Source: Cyanobacteriota bacterium (lineage in GTDB: Bacteria > Cyanobacteriota > Cyanobacteriia > Cyanobacteriales > Nostocaceae). Taken from it: 64,000 bases of DNA. The stretch lies in contig JBJOKS010000006.1 in assembly GCA_046045965.1 (NCBI GenBank), forward strand, positions 1 through 64,000. Reading direction: 5' to 3'. Shown piece after piece: positions 42,456-53,762 of this stretch; position 1 is the first letter of the stretch; every line of letters begins with the position of its first letter. A model generated the notes under the pieces. That model worked only from the letters and a program-made list of their open reading frames with translations. It had not been told where the DNA came from and made no database searches. Both the position numbers and the translations under genes were made by a program.

Positions 42456-42811
42456 AAGACTAACTATCTTGGCTTCTCAAAAAGTCATCATACACCATTA
42501 TATATGTTTTGCCCAGTAACAAGCAAGATAAAATTGGAAATTTCAGAATATCAAGACTAATTTCCTACTCATTAGTCACTCGATGTACACTAAAAACGAA
42601 ACAAAGGGTATATTTCCGATATATTGTGATCTCAAGGGGGAATTTACCCATGAACGCCGATGCTCTGTAAGGCTTATGCTGGTAAAGTATTTGGCAAATG
42701 CCTGATTTTACCCGAACATAATATAAATAATTATACTTTTGGCAATCTTGCCCAAGTCCATGACATACCCCTTATCAAAACAGCCCCTGTGAGGAGTTAG
42801 TTGCTAGTGCC

Positions 42812-43471
42812 ATGTTTATTCTTAAACGCCAGGATGTTGAAATATCAACTATTCAGCACCCAACGCGGGATCAGCAGGTGCCGATCCTCCATTATCAGGG
42901 GCAAACCTTTCGCCTGATAAGTGTTTTCAAAGCCAGTCAAGAGGTCGAAGCTAAAACTCTGTGGCGATCGCTGACTGACAACCGTGGTAAAGCCTGTGTC
43001 TTGCTAGAAGAACCTGAACGCTTTAGTGTTTGGGGAAAAATTCGCTTAGAACAGCTAGACAGTGATACAGGTAGCCATAGCAATACTGAGATTTTGACAT
43101 TAGCTAGTATTTTGCTGTTGCAAGCCGTTTATCTGGATATTGAAGATTTATTAGGTAATCGACAAGCTGCTTTATTTGAAAAAGATATAACAGGGATGTT
43201 ACAGCAAAAACAATTTCCCCAAGCTTCTTCCCCAGAGTCAGCCAAATCTTTGCTAACTGTTGAGCCTTCTCAAATGCCCAAACTGCCTACTTGGCAGGAA
43301 ACTCATGTGATTATTCTCCTGGAAGAACTGCATCGACTAGGAAAAACATATTTTGGTGATACGAACTTTGCACGTCAATCAGAGGATAGGCTACAAGATA
43401 TGGCAGAAGAAGAACTATTAATATTTATCAGTTGGTTAAATCAATCTCCACTCAGTAAACTTTGGCAGTAG
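42812..43471 (+). CDS. Npun_F0813-family conserved cyanobacterial protein
   Basis: N-terminus MFILKRQDVEI...ILHYQGQTFRLI, LTDNRGKACVLLEEP. Confidence 0.7.
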   Translation: MFILKRQDVEISTIQHPTRDQQVPILHYQGQTFRLISVFKASQEVEAKTLWRSLTDNRGKACVLLEEPERFSVWGKIRLEQLDSDTGSHSNTEILTLASILLLQAVYLDIEDLLGNRQAALFEKDITGMLQQKQFPQASSPESAKSLLTVEPSQMPKLPTWQETHVIILLEELHRLGKTYFGDTNFARQSEDRLQDMAEEELLIFISWLNQSPLSKLWQ

Positions 43472-43616
43472 CATGGATATTATTTGTTTACTCACAAATC
43501 GTTCAGTGTTACTAATGTTAGTTTTTACCCTGAGAGATTAAGAGTGGCTCAATGACTGGATACCCGATCAATTACGTCAAAAATAGTGCTACAGTGCATT
43601 TACTTAGTGAAAACCT

Positions 43617-44495
43617 ATGAGTAAATCCTACGACAATTCCTACAAATCAAAGACCATTTTCACCACTCAAAAGATAATTTTGATTAGTCTTGGCTGGGCG
43701 CTGTTAGCCTTGTTATACTTTTTGTTGTTCAGCGCCAAAATCCCCGGACCCAATGGCGAAGAAGTCCGTGAAGCTTGGTATTTGCTGGGAACCAATATCT
43801 TTGAAGCTTCAGCGTACTTGGGTGCAAGTGTTCTTTGCTGGCGAAATTGGCAGAGTACCCAAATTATCAGTAGTCGAAAAGTTTGGCTGTTTATCGGCTT
43901 AGGTATGCTTGCCTATTTGATAGGTGGGATAATTTTCGGCTATATAGAAATAGGTTTAGGCGAAGAACCGGATGTGTCCATCGCTGATGTGTTTTTTGTC
44001 ATAACTTATCTCTTCCTGGGTACGGGTATGTCTCTAGCTTTGTTCTCCCGACGCATCAACTTAGAAAAATGGCAGTGGCTAGTTGTGTTCGCAATTGGCG
44101 CATTAGGGAGTTTTGTGGCTTGGTTTATTTCTCAGCAAAATTCAGCCCCCTCAGCGGAATTAGATCCTCTTTTGCAACAAATAAAACTGGTTTTAGATTG
44201 GTTTTACGTAGTTAGTGATGTACTGTTGTTAATTATCGCTACAATCATGTTGTTAGCTTTCTGGGGAGGAAAAGTTTCCCTGTCCTGGAGAATGATTGCA
44301 GCCGCAGCATTTTCGCTTTACATTGCAGATATGTGGTTTAAATATGCCACTAATTATCTTCCAGATTATCAAAGTGGAGACATACTAGAAGTATTCTGGG
44401 TGTTTAGTGGAGTGTTATTTGGTATGGGCGCTGCTCTAGAATACGAAGCATCATTGAGCCTCAAGCGGCGTACCAGTGGACGCAAACGAAGTTAA
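43617..44495 (+). CDS. Hypothetical integral membrane protein
   Basis: About 7-8 hydrophobic segments; SIADVFF, YIADMWF. Confidence 0.75.
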   Translation: MSKSYDNSYKSKTIFTTQKIILISLGWALLALLYFLLFSAKIPGPNGEEVREAWYLLGTNIFEASAYLGASVLCWRNWQSTQIISSRKVWLFIGLGMLAYLIGGIIFGYIEIGLGEEPDVSIADVFFVITYLFLGTGMSLALFSRRINLEKWQWLVVFAIGALGSFVAWFISQQNSAPSAELDPLLQQIKLVLDWFYVVSDVLLLIIATIMLLAFWGGKVSLSWRMIAAAAFSLYIADMWFKYATNYLPDYQSGDILEVFWVFSGVLFGMGAALEYEASLSLKRRTSGRKRS

Positions 44496-44501
44496 CAAAT
44501 T

Positions 44502-45497
44502 TTGGTGTCTACCGTGAGAAAATTAACAGATTCAGACAAACAAGAAATTCTCAAGTTATATAGAGAGACTGCCGAAACCACCTCGACTTTGGCAGAACGC
44601 TATGGAGTGAGCAACTCAACAATTAGCCGACTGCTCAAAAGTACCTTACCGGAAGAAGATTACGAATATCTTGTTTCCTTAAAACGCGCTGCTAGAACCC
44701 CTGAAGGCAGAGCGCAAGTAAGCTATGAACAGTTACCGCTGTTGAGTCAACCCACCACAATAGAAACAGCACCTGTAAGCAGCGATGAACCAAGCTTAGA
44801 GTTGCCAAAGGTAGAACCACAGAAACTGGTAATCAAAGAGGTTCTGCCCAAGTCCGAGCAGGTTCCACCCCCAATCCCAGCTATTAGAAGGGTGAAAACG
44901 CGCTCTTCTGCCACTGACAAACCACTATTGCCTGCAACCAAAGAAATAGAGATTGTCAGACACAAGCCCACAGAATTACCCAGCATCAAAAGAACAATTT
45001 TGGAGGATGAAACCCCAGAGGTAAATATCATTGCGACTATGTTCGATGATGATTTGCTGGACGAGTCTGATGATTTGGACGATTTAGACGATGATTTGTA
45101 TGAAGATGAGGAAGATTTTGAAGACGAGGATTTTGAGGAACCTACACCCCTAGTCACAAGACGTAGACCAGGAGAAGGAGCGGTTCAAGTGTTACCCTTG
45201 TCAGTCGCACCTTTGCCTAAAACTTGTTATTTGGTAATTGACCGGTCTGCGGAGTTAATTACTAGACCACTCAAGGATTTTGGCGATTTGGGAGCTATTC
45301 CTACTATTGAAACCCAACAGAGAACTCTACCTGTTTTTGATAACCATCGAGTTGCTAAACGCTTTTCTACCAAGCGCGATCGCGTAATTAAAGTCCCTGA
45401 CAGTAGAATGCTGCATAAGGCTAGTACCCATCTACAAGCCAAAGGCATCACCCGACTGTTAATTGATGGTCAGGTTTACTCTCTGTCTATGGTTTAG
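44502..45497 (+). CDS. Conserved cyanobacterial protein with N-terminal helix-turn-helix and acidic tract
   Basis: TTSTLAERYGVSNSTISRLLK HTH; D/E run; C-terminal LPKTCYLVIDR domain. Confidence 0.75.
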   Translation: MVSTVRKLTDSDKQEILKLYRETAETTSTLAERYGVSNSTISRLLKSTLPEEDYEYLVSLKRAARTPEGRAQVSYEQLPLLSQPTTIETAPVSSDEPSLELPKVEPQKLVIKEVLPKSEQVPPPIPAIRRVKTRSSATDKPLLPATKEIEIVRHKPTELPSIKRTILEDETPEVNIIATMFDDDLLDESDDLDDLDDDLYEDEEDFEDEDFEEPTPLVTRRRPGEGAVQVLPLSVAPLPKTCYLVIDRSAELITRPLKDFGDLGAIPTIETQQRTLPVFDNHRVAKRFSTKRDRVIKVPDSRMLHKASTHLQAKGITRLLIDGQVYSLSMV

Positions 45498-45499
45498 CA

Positions 45500-45832
45500 A
45501 TGTTGCCGCAACCAACTGATGATGGTGTTGTATTGGTGACAACTGCTACTGAGGAAGAAGCCAAAACAATTGCACAAGCTGTTGTGGAAGCTAAACTCGC
45601 AGCTGCCGTCAGTCTGTCACCGGTCTACTCTATTTACAGATGGCAGGGAGAAATTCACAACAAGCATGAATGGCAGTTGATGATGAAAACTAATTTGGCA
45701 TTATTCCCTACATTAGAAGCCAAAATTAGAGAAATTCATTCCTATCAACTGCCAGAAATTATCGCTTTACCTATTTTTAACGCTAGTCCTGCCTACCAAC
45801 AATGGATCAATGAGCAGGTACAAACAGAATAA
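45500..45832 (+). CDS. cutA: Divalent-cation tolerance protein CutA
   Basis: VLVTT...EEAKTIA, SIYRWQG, MKT, HSYQLPEII. Confidence 0.88.
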   Translation: MLPQPTDDGVVLVTTATEEEAKTIAQAVVEAKLAAAVSLSPVYSIYRWQGEIHNKHEWQLMMKTNLALFPTLEAKIREIHSYQLPEIIALPIFNASPAYQQWINEQVQTE

Positions 45833-46176
45833 ATACTTTCATGATTCTTCACTAAGTAAGACCATGTGCTTATTCTTACTGAATAATTGCTGTAAGGAAG
45901 TCAATTAACGTGATTTTTATATTTATTTACCTAACTTTTATATACAAACAGATACAATATTCCCAGTCTAAGTTTGATTTAACTAAATGTTAAGAATTGA
46001 TCACCTAAACCTTAATACACAGTAACAAAACGAAAATATACTATATATATAATATAAACTACATCAAATCTCTGGAACAATACAGGTGACAGGTGGCAGC
46101 TTTAAAACTAGAGTAAAACTTTTAAGAATGAATATCACTGATATTTATTTGTTATAGATAACAGGGAAATTAGTAA

Positions 46177-46794
46177 ATGCCTAGAAATTATAGTGTGAAA
46201 AGACTCGGTAATGGTTTAACCACTGGTACAACCACAACATCGGAGAAATTACTAGGTACTGTCAAATCATGGCAACAGCACTTAGTTGAATCCGTACCCT
46301 TTTTAATCGCTTGCGCTGTGTTTTTAAGCGTCATTAGTTTAAAAAGTCCTATTCTGCTTTTTTGTTTACTAATGGGCAGTTTAATTACAATAGTCTGCCA
46401 GCAAATTGGACAGCAGATAAATTTACCAAAAAAATGGCTAATAATATTACAAATATCGGCAGTATCCATCATTCTAAGTTTATTTTGGGTAGACTTTTTT
46501 GCTGCACCAGCATCTGCTCAATTTTTTGGTAAAGCTGAAAACTTCTTCAAAAATACATTGACACAAGGTACAGATAGCAGTAGTAATCCTCAAACAGCAG
46601 TCAGTTTAATATTCAACGTTTTACGAGCAATTTATTTACTTTATATTGCTGTTTCTCTAATTGGTGTCATTAATGCAGTTCGCAAAGATGAAGATTGGCA
46701 AAGTATTGCTAGAGTTCCGTTGATAGTAGTTGTTGCTGTTACTGTTGCGGATGTCCTCACAGGCTTTGTAATTGGTGATGGTGGCAGCAATTAA
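46177..46794 (+). CDS. T4SS first gene, VirB2/pilin-like membrane protein
   Basis: APASAQ processing-like site followed by two hydrophobic helices; position upstream of VirB3/VirB4-like genes. Confidence 0.5.
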   Translation: MPRNYSVKRLGNGLTTGTTTTSEKLLGTVKSWQQHLVESVPFLIACAVFLSVISLKSPILLFCLLMGSLITIVCQQIGQQINLPKKWLIILQISAVSIILSLFWVDFFAAPASAQFFGKAENFFKNTLTQGTDSSSNPQTAVSLIFNVLRAIYLLYIAVSLIGVINAVRKDEDWQSIARVPLIVVVAVTVADVLTGFVIGDGGSN

Positions 46795-46839
46795 TTTGTC
46801 TGTGTGATCAGATTCAGAAAAGTTTAAGTTCTAGTTTTT

Positions 46840-47217
46840 ATGTCTCAAGAACGTGATCAAGAATTTCGCCCAGTTAATCAAATATTAGGATCACAACCAT
46901 CATTAGGCCCTATTCCCGCTGATCAAATTCTACCCTGGTTGATTATTGTTCTAGTCTCATACTTTGTAATTAATGGAGTTTTTGGAGGACTATTTACAGA
47001 TGATTTTCAACGATGGTTGTGGACAGCATTAATGACAGGTTGGGGAATAGCAACTTGGTGGATTTTAAGTGGTGGTAGGAGTTGGCGATTTTTAAGTAAA
47101 TTTATTGGCGTTCCCACTTGGACAAGAGGTTTTGCTCGTTATCAAAGCTTGTTAGCAATTAACCATGAAGCAAAAAATCGGAAAACAAAACATCGGTATC
47201 GCAGGTCAAGAAAGTAG
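46840..47217 (+). CDS. T4SS VirB3-like small membrane protein
   Basis: 125 aa, two TM segments, overlaps virB4 start. Confidence 0.6.
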   Translation: MSQERDQEFRPVNQILGSQPSLGPIPADQILPWLIIVLVSYFVINGVFGGLFTDDFQRWLWTALMTGWGIATWWILSGGRSWRFLSKFIGVPTWTRGFARYQSLLAINHEAKNRKTKHRYRRSRK

Positions 47218-49912
47218 ATTAACACCATTTGAAGATGCTTTACATTTGGCGACAATGCTCCGTATTTCGCTAAATTCTAGAGATATTGGGGCTTATATTC
47301 TCAATAAAGAAAATCAAAAAGATAGGTTTTGCTTTGTCTTTGGGTTTGAATGTCGAGGCATTCATACCACTTTAAGGTCGGAACAAATAGAGACAATTTT
47401 TAATAATATTGAATCAGGTTTAAAAGATATTCCTGAAGGAGAAAAAATGACCTTGCATATAGGGTCATTTAGTTCAGATAAACAACGCCAAAAAGAATTA
47501 GGAGACTTAGTAAAGAAGACACCATCACGGGATATCAAATATTTATTGACGGCAGAAAGAGCGAGAATTCAAGAACTTACTAATTCTGGGATTCGCAAAC
47601 CGAAATTTCTGCGAATTTATGTGACTTATACGATAGAACCTAATGTAACACAAGCTAATGATTGGATTGAAAAATTTTTAGCCAAAACTGAAATTTGGTG
47701 GTTGAAATTTAAAGGAGAATTAGCAGAAGTTCAAAACCAGCGGATTGAAACTTTGATCATCAAAGCTTACCAAGAAGGTTTTTCTCGATGGGAACAATTG
47801 TTATCTAACAAAATGGGGTTAGATGTCAAACCTTTAAATGCTGATGAACTTTGGGAAGAAGCCTGGAGACGATTTAATGATACACCACCTATAGAAATTC
47901 CCCAATTACTTTATTTAGATGAAAATGGACTGCATGAACAAGTTAATTCAGAATTAGCTAGTAGCAAATTGTTGATAGAAAATGTCCACAGTACAACTTT
48001 GTTGATGGAATCTAGTGTACCCTGTGCGGATCGTCGTTGGGTGAATGTGAAAAATCGCTATATTGGAGCAATGACGTTTCTGGAAAAACCGGGAGGTTGG
48101 CCGAATAAATTTTCTCAGTTGCGTTATTTGTGGGATTTATTGGCTAGAGAAACGGTAGTAGATACAGAAATTTTTTGTCAGTTAACGGCTGCAAATCCCG
48201 CATTAGTAAAAACTACTTTACAACGAGTTTTAAAGCAGTCGAATATGACAGCAATGATGGCTCAAGAAAAAAGTAAAACTATTGATGTAAATGCTCAATT
48301 AAAGTTAAAGAAATCCGTAGCAGCACAAGAACAATTATATGAAGGTGCTGTTCCGATATATACGAGTGTAGTTATTTTTGTCCATCGTCCGACTATAGAA
48401 AAATTAGACGAAGCTACAAGATATATTGAAAACTGTTTTCAACGTCCTGCACAGGTAATTAGAGAAGTAGAATATGCCTGGAAAATTTGGTTACAATCTT
48501 TACCAATAGTTTGGGAAGGTTTGTTAGTTAAGCCATTTAACCGCAGACAATTATATTTAACCAGTGAAGTTCCGGGATTAATGCCTTTAATATTAACTAA
48601 AGCTGGAGATAAATATGGCTTTGAATTAATTGCTGAAGAAGGGGGAACACCAATACATTTAGATTTGTTTAATCAACATAAAAATTTAGCTTTGTTTGCG
48701 ACAACTCGTGCGGGTAAATCGGTTTTGGTGTCGGGAATTTTAACTCAAGCTTTAGCACATGGAATTCCTGTAATTGCGTTAGATTTTCCTAAACCTGATG
48801 GGACATCTACCTTTACTGACTATACAGAGTTTATGGAGGGAAATGGAGCGTATTTTGATATTTCCAAACAGTCAAATAATTTGTTTGAACAACCAGATTT
48901 GCGATCGCTCTCTCCAGAAGAACAACGCGATCGCCTTCTCGATTATACTGGATTCTTAGAATCAGCCTTAATGACAATGGTTTTAGGCTCATCCACTGAA
49001 AATCAACTCTTAACTCAAACCGTGCGTTCCTTACTCAATTTAGCCTTAACAGCGTTCTTTGCTGATGCCGGGATTAAGGAGCGATATAAACAAGCAATAG
49101 CTGACGGTTTTGGTAGTGCAGCTTGGCAAAAAACCCCTACTTTACAAGACTTTCTCTATTTTTGTTCTCCAGAACATCTGCAATTAGATTCTATTAGTGG
49201 CAGAGTCGATGATGCACTTAGTCAAATTCAATTGCGGTTACGTTTTTGGCTTTCTAGTCGTGTGGGAAAATCAATTTCTGCACCATCTAGCTTTCCTACA
49301 GATGCCCAACTTTTAGTTTTTGCACTGCGAAATTTATCAGATAATGAAGATGCAGCAGTTTTATCTTTAAGTGCTTATTCAGCCGCTTTGCGACGAGCAT
49401 TAAGCAGTCCAGCTTCGATATTTTTTATTGATGAAGCCCCAATTTTATTTGAATTTGATCAAATATCAGATTTAGTTGGCAGAATTTGTGCCAACGGTGC
49501 AAAAGCTGGAATCAGAGTTATTTTATCAGCACAAGATCCCGATACTATTGCTAAATCTAAAGCCTCATCAAAGATTTTACAAAACTTATCAACGAGATTA
49601 ATTGGTCGTATTCAGCCAGTAGCAGTAGATAGTTTTGTCAACATTTTAAAATACCCCCGTGATGTTATTTCTCGGAATGCGACAGAAAGCTTTTTTCCTC
49701 GGAAAGAAGGTATTTACAGTCAATGGTTGCTAGATGACAACGGCATTTATACATTCTGTCGTTATTATCCAGGTTATGAACAATTGGCTGCGGTTGCTAA
49801 CAACCCCAATGAACAAACTGCTCGTCAAGAAGCTATGTTACATTACAAGGATAAATATGAAGCAATTTCTGTATTTGCTCGGCAGTTAGTAGCTTCGCTG
49901 CGTGGTAGTTAA
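47165..49912 (+). CDS. virB4: VirB4-family T4SS ATPase (cyanobacterial MPF_C type)
   Basis: 915 aa; Walker A ATTRAGKS, PTLQDF, Walker B FFIDEAP, GAKAGIRVILSAQDP, ILQNL. Confidence 0.85.
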   Translation: MKQKIGKQNIGIAGQESRLTPFEDALHLATMLRISLNSRDIGAYILNKENQKDRFCFVFGFECRGIHTTLRSEQIETIFNNIESGLKDIPEGEKMTLHIGSFSSDKQRQKELGDLVKKTPSRDIKYLLTAERARIQELTNSGIRKPKFLRIYVTYTIEPNVTQANDWIEKFLAKTEIWWLKFKGELAEVQNQRIETLIIKAYQEGFSRWEQLLSNKMGLDVKPLNADELWEEAWRRFNDTPPIEIPQLLYLDENGLHEQVNSELASSKLLIENVHSTTLLMESSVPCADRRWVNVKNRYIGAMTFLEKPGGWPNKFSQLRYLWDLLARETVVDTEIFCQLTAANPALVKTTLQRVLKQSNMTAMMAQEKSKTIDVNAQLKLKKSVAAQEQLYEGAVPIYTSVVIFVHRPTIEKLDEATRYIENCFQRPAQVIREVEYAWKIWLQSLPIVWEGLLVKPFNRRQLYLTSEVPGLMPLILTKAGDKYGFELIAEEGGTPIHLDLFNQHKNLALFATTRAGKSVLVSGILTQALAHGIPVIALDFPKPDGTSTFTDYTEFMEGNGAYFDISKQSNNLFEQPDLRSLSPEEQRDRLLDYTGFLESALMTMVLGSSTENQLLTQTVRSLLNLALTAFFADAGIKERYKQAIADGFGSAAWQKTPTLQDFLYFCSPEHLQLDSISGRVDDALSQIQLRLRFWLSSRVGKSISAPSSFPTDAQLLVFALRNLSDNEDAAVLSLSAYSAALRRALSSPASIFFIDEAPILFEFDQISDLVGRICANGAKAGIRVILSAQDPDTIAKSKASSKILQNLSTRLIGRIQPVAVDSFVNILKYPRDVISRNATESFFPRKEGIYSQWLLDDNGIYTFCRYYPGYEQLAAVANNPNEQTARQEAMLHYKDKYEAISVFARQLVASLRGS

Positions 49913-49969
49913 TTAGGTGAGATGTCAAGATAAAAGAATGGTATAAATTCACATAGTAAAAGGGATTAT

Positions 49970-50821
<852 letters not shown>

Positions 50822-50871
50822 GTCTTACTACTGTAATTAATTGACTTTTATCAAAAACCTGTGAACCAAAA

Positions 50872-51921
50872 ATGCGACTTTATATTTTGCAAATTTTTCC
50901 AGAAATAGGTATCAATGAAACTCTGAATAGTGGTACAGAAACTGCCAGAAGTATGGCAGAAAGTTGGGATAATCAATGGTTAGATTTATTACAAAATAAC
51001 ACCAGCAATAATTTATATGGAGCGATCACAAATTTGGGTGTGTTTTTCGCTGTAGGAACTCTATTATTTTTTATGATGCAATGGTTGAAAGATGTTCTGT
51101 ACAGTGAATATTCCCGTCCTATATCGGGTTTGATTTGGCCTTTTATAGTAGTAGTTCTATTAAGTAATACGGGAAATGGTAGTATACTTTCTAGTTTGAC
51201 TTTGGGGGTAAGAAGTTTTATCAATACTGTCAATCAGCAAGTAGTGAATACAGCAGATGCTGATCAAACTTATCAACAAGCTTTAAATATGAGTTTAGCT
51301 GAAGAAGTTGCTGGTTCTTTAATTCGTCCTTGTCAGTCTTTAACAGGTGAACAACAAATCCAATGTTTTGCTAAAGCCAGTGATCAAATAGATGGACTAT
51401 GGCGAGAATATAGAAATTTATATGGTGATAAAGTTTGGATTCAAAGATTAGAAAATCAGGTAATTTCCCTAAAATTTGGCACATTGAATTTATCAGATAC
51501 TACTTTTAATTCCTTGTTGGGGAATACGGCACAGACTAGCATCAAAAACTTTTTAATTTCCTTGCAATATGCTTTTCAAAATTTGCTAGAAGCTACTATG
51601 TTACTGATAGCAGCTTTGGGTCCGATAGCTGTGGGTGCGTCTTTGTTACCTGTGGCTGGAAAGCCGATTTTTGCATGGATAACGGGGTTTCTAGCGGCGG
51701 GAATTGCCAAGATATCATTTAATATCATTGCTGCTGTCACCTCTGCTGTAGTGATTAATGGACCGGCGGAAAATCCTAATGCGAATCCTGATTTAATGTG
51801 GTTCATTATTTTTCTGGGAATTTTAGCACCTGTTTTATCCTTAGTTGTGGCTGGTGCGGGAGGATTTGCGGTTTTTAGTGCTATTAATAATACCGATGGT
51901 TTGGTAAAAGGTAGGATATAA
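50872..51921 (+). CDS. T4SS VirB6-like polytopic membrane protein
   Basis: Two N-terminal TM segments, periplasmic loop with Cys pair, C-terminal TM cluster with LLIAALGPIAVGASLLP. Confidence 0.7.
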   Translation: MRLYILQIFPEIGINETLNSGTETARSMAESWDNQWLDLLQNNTSNNLYGAITNLGVFFAVGTLLFFMMQWLKDVLYSEYSRPISGLIWPFIVVVLLSNTGNGSILSSLTLGVRSFINTVNQQVVNTADADQTYQQALNMSLAEEVAGSLIRPCQSLTGEQQIQCFAKASDQIDGLWREYRNLYGDKVWIQRLENQVISLKFGTLNLSDTTFNSLLGNTAQTSIKNFLISLQYAFQNLLEATMLLIAALGPIAVGASLLPVAGKPIFAWITGFLAAGIAKISFNIIAAVTSAVVINGPAENPNANPDLMWFIIFLGILAPVLSLVVAGAGGFAVFSAINNTDGLVKGRI

Positions 51922-52068
51922 ATCAAGACATTTAAGTTAATAATTTTCCCTTCTCTTTTCTCTGTGTTCTCTGCGTCCTCTGCGGTTAGTTTCCCAAAAA
52001 AATTAGGCTTAACTGAACCGTATTGGCATATAAATCTGAATAATATTCAATAGGATGAATATACAAAA

Positions 52069-52893
52069 ATGACAAATTTACTTAACAAGAAAAAACCCAA
52101 AGGGAATATTTTAAATACTTTTGCGATCGCTACTTTCAGTCTGCATTTATTAGTATTATTTTTATTCATTTTGCAAGGTTTAAACATTCGCCAACTCAGT
52201 TTGCGAAAACCGCCTAATTTTGTGCAAATGATTGATGGTCAAACTCCATCTGCTACTGATGACTTAGCCAGAGATCCCGAAGCAATACGCCAATTTATCA
52301 GTAAAACCATGACATCCATGTTTAATTGGTCGGGAACTTTACCAATAAACAATGTTGAAGCATCGACAAAACCACAACCAGATCCAGGAATTACAGTGAG
52401 AACATCACAGGGTGGAAATCAAAAAGTGACTACGAGTAGTTGGGTTGCTAGTTTTGCCATATCAGAAGATTTTCGTAAAGGTTTTTTAAGTGCGATCGCT
52501 CAAATGACTCCACCAGAAGTTTTCTCTAGCAACCTCAGTCAAGGAATGTCCGCAGAATTAGTCATTAAGCGAATTTATCCCCCAGAACAAATAGAAGCTG
52601 GTAAATGGAGAGTGGGAATGGTAGCAGATTTAATTCAAAAAAAACGCGCAAATGATATCAGAACAATAACCCCCTTTAATAAAGATTTATTAGTTCGTGC
52701 AGTAGATTATTATCCCTATCCCCTACCTAATATTAGCACCGATATTCAAAAAGCAATTTATAGCAATCGCGCTCAGAAATTAGAAATTTATGAAATTCGG
52801 AGTTTATGCTTAATAGATAACTATAGTAACCTGAGTGATGATAAATCAAATCCTTGCGGAAATAGCAGAACTTCTGATAGTTTTATCAGATAA
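52069..52893 (+). CDS. T4SS bitopic protein, VirB8-like (paralog 1)
   Basis: Single N-terminal TM; VQMIDG, RDPEAIRQFI, PFNKDLLVRAVD. Confidence 0.6.
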   Translation: MTNLLNKKKPKGNILNTFAIATFSLHLLVLFLFILQGLNIRQLSLRKPPNFVQMIDGQTPSATDDLARDPEAIRQFISKTMTSMFNWSGTLPINNVEASTKPQPDPGITVRTSQGGNQKVTTSSWVASFAISEDFRKGFLSAIAQMTPPEVFSSNLSQGMSAELVIKRIYPPEQIEAGKWRVGMVADLIQKKRANDIRTITPFNKDLLVRAVDYYPYPLPNISTDIQKAIYSNRAQKLEIYEIRSLCLIDNYSNLSDDKSNPCGNSRTSDSFIR

Positions 52894-52935
52894 ATAAATT
52901 TTAATTACCAATAACCAATCACCAATGACTTAATT

Positions 52936-53628
52936 ATGCAATTAGTAAAATCAGAAACTAAAAAAAGTAGCATCTTACCACTATTAGCTGTAGGAACATT
53001 TGGCTTACATCTCTTTACCCTGCTATTACTTGTATTCCACGGTTCTATGTTACAGGATTTAAAGCGACAATTAACACCCCAAAGTTTAGTACAACTTATT
53101 GATGGTCGTGCTATTAGTGTAGACCCCAAAGCAAATTATGAGCGACATCCAGAGACAATTCGCCGCTTTGTCGGTGAAACCATGACTCTCATGCTTACCT
53201 GGTCAAGACAACAGCCACCACTTACAGTATGGGACATTAGTTCACAACTCTTAGCCTCTGATTTGAAACCAAAATTTCAGTCAGAAATTACTAATTTAAA
53301 TTCTAATAATCAATTTGCCAATATTAATCAAGGAACTGAATATGTATTAGTAATAGAAAAGATTTCTCAACCTACACAGACAGCCAATGGTAAATGGGAA
53401 ATAGAGATGCTTGCCAATCAATTGACTTTTAGCGGTTATAATAATTTGGGAACATCAATTCCGTTTAATAAAAAAATCTTAATCAGAGCCATTGATCAAC
53501 CAAAAACTTCACTACCAACCAAACCACTACCGTGGCATTTAGCAGCTTACCGTCTTGGGGAAGCTAGGCTAGAAATTTACGATATATGTGACATCAAAGA
53601 TAACAAATGTTCTGTAAAATCTAACTAA
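52936..53628 (+). CDS. T4SS bitopic protein, VirB8-like (paralog 2)
   Basis: Single N-terminal TM; VQLIDG, RHPETIRRFV, PFNKKILIRAID. Confidence 0.6.
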   Translation: MQLVKSETKKSSILPLLAVGTFGLHLFTLLLLVFHGSMLQDLKRQLTPQSLVQLIDGRAISVDPKANYERHPETIRRFVGETMTLMLTWSRQQPPLTVWDISSQLLASDLKPKFQSEITNLNSNNQFANINQGTEYVLVIEKISQPTQTANGKWEIEMLANQLTFSGYNNLGTSIPFNKKILIRAIDQPKTSLPTKPLPWHLAAYRLGEARLEIYDICDIKDNKCSVKSN

Positions 53629-53696
53629 GCAATAAACTCTAAGATTCCTATCTGAGTTTGAACAGATTACTTACACATTTACACATCTATTCTCTT

Positions 53697-53728
53697 CCCT
53701 CCTGCCTTCTGCCTCCTGCCTCCTGCCT
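53697..53728. repeat. STRR (CTCCTGC)n upstream of virB10-like gene
   Basis: Read directly; explains the spurious LPSCLLPPASCL extension of the long ORF. Confidence 0.8.
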
Positions 53729-53762
53729 TGCCATAACGACAATTTTTAACGCCTACCTACTT

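Noticed and set aside
44502..45497. Transposase call for the HTH protein
   Set aside because: No DDE or HUH catalytic motif, terminal repeats or target duplication.
53658..53762. N-terminal extension of the VirB10-like ORF from TTG 53658
   Set aside because: It runs through an STRR array; ATG 53763 is more plausible.
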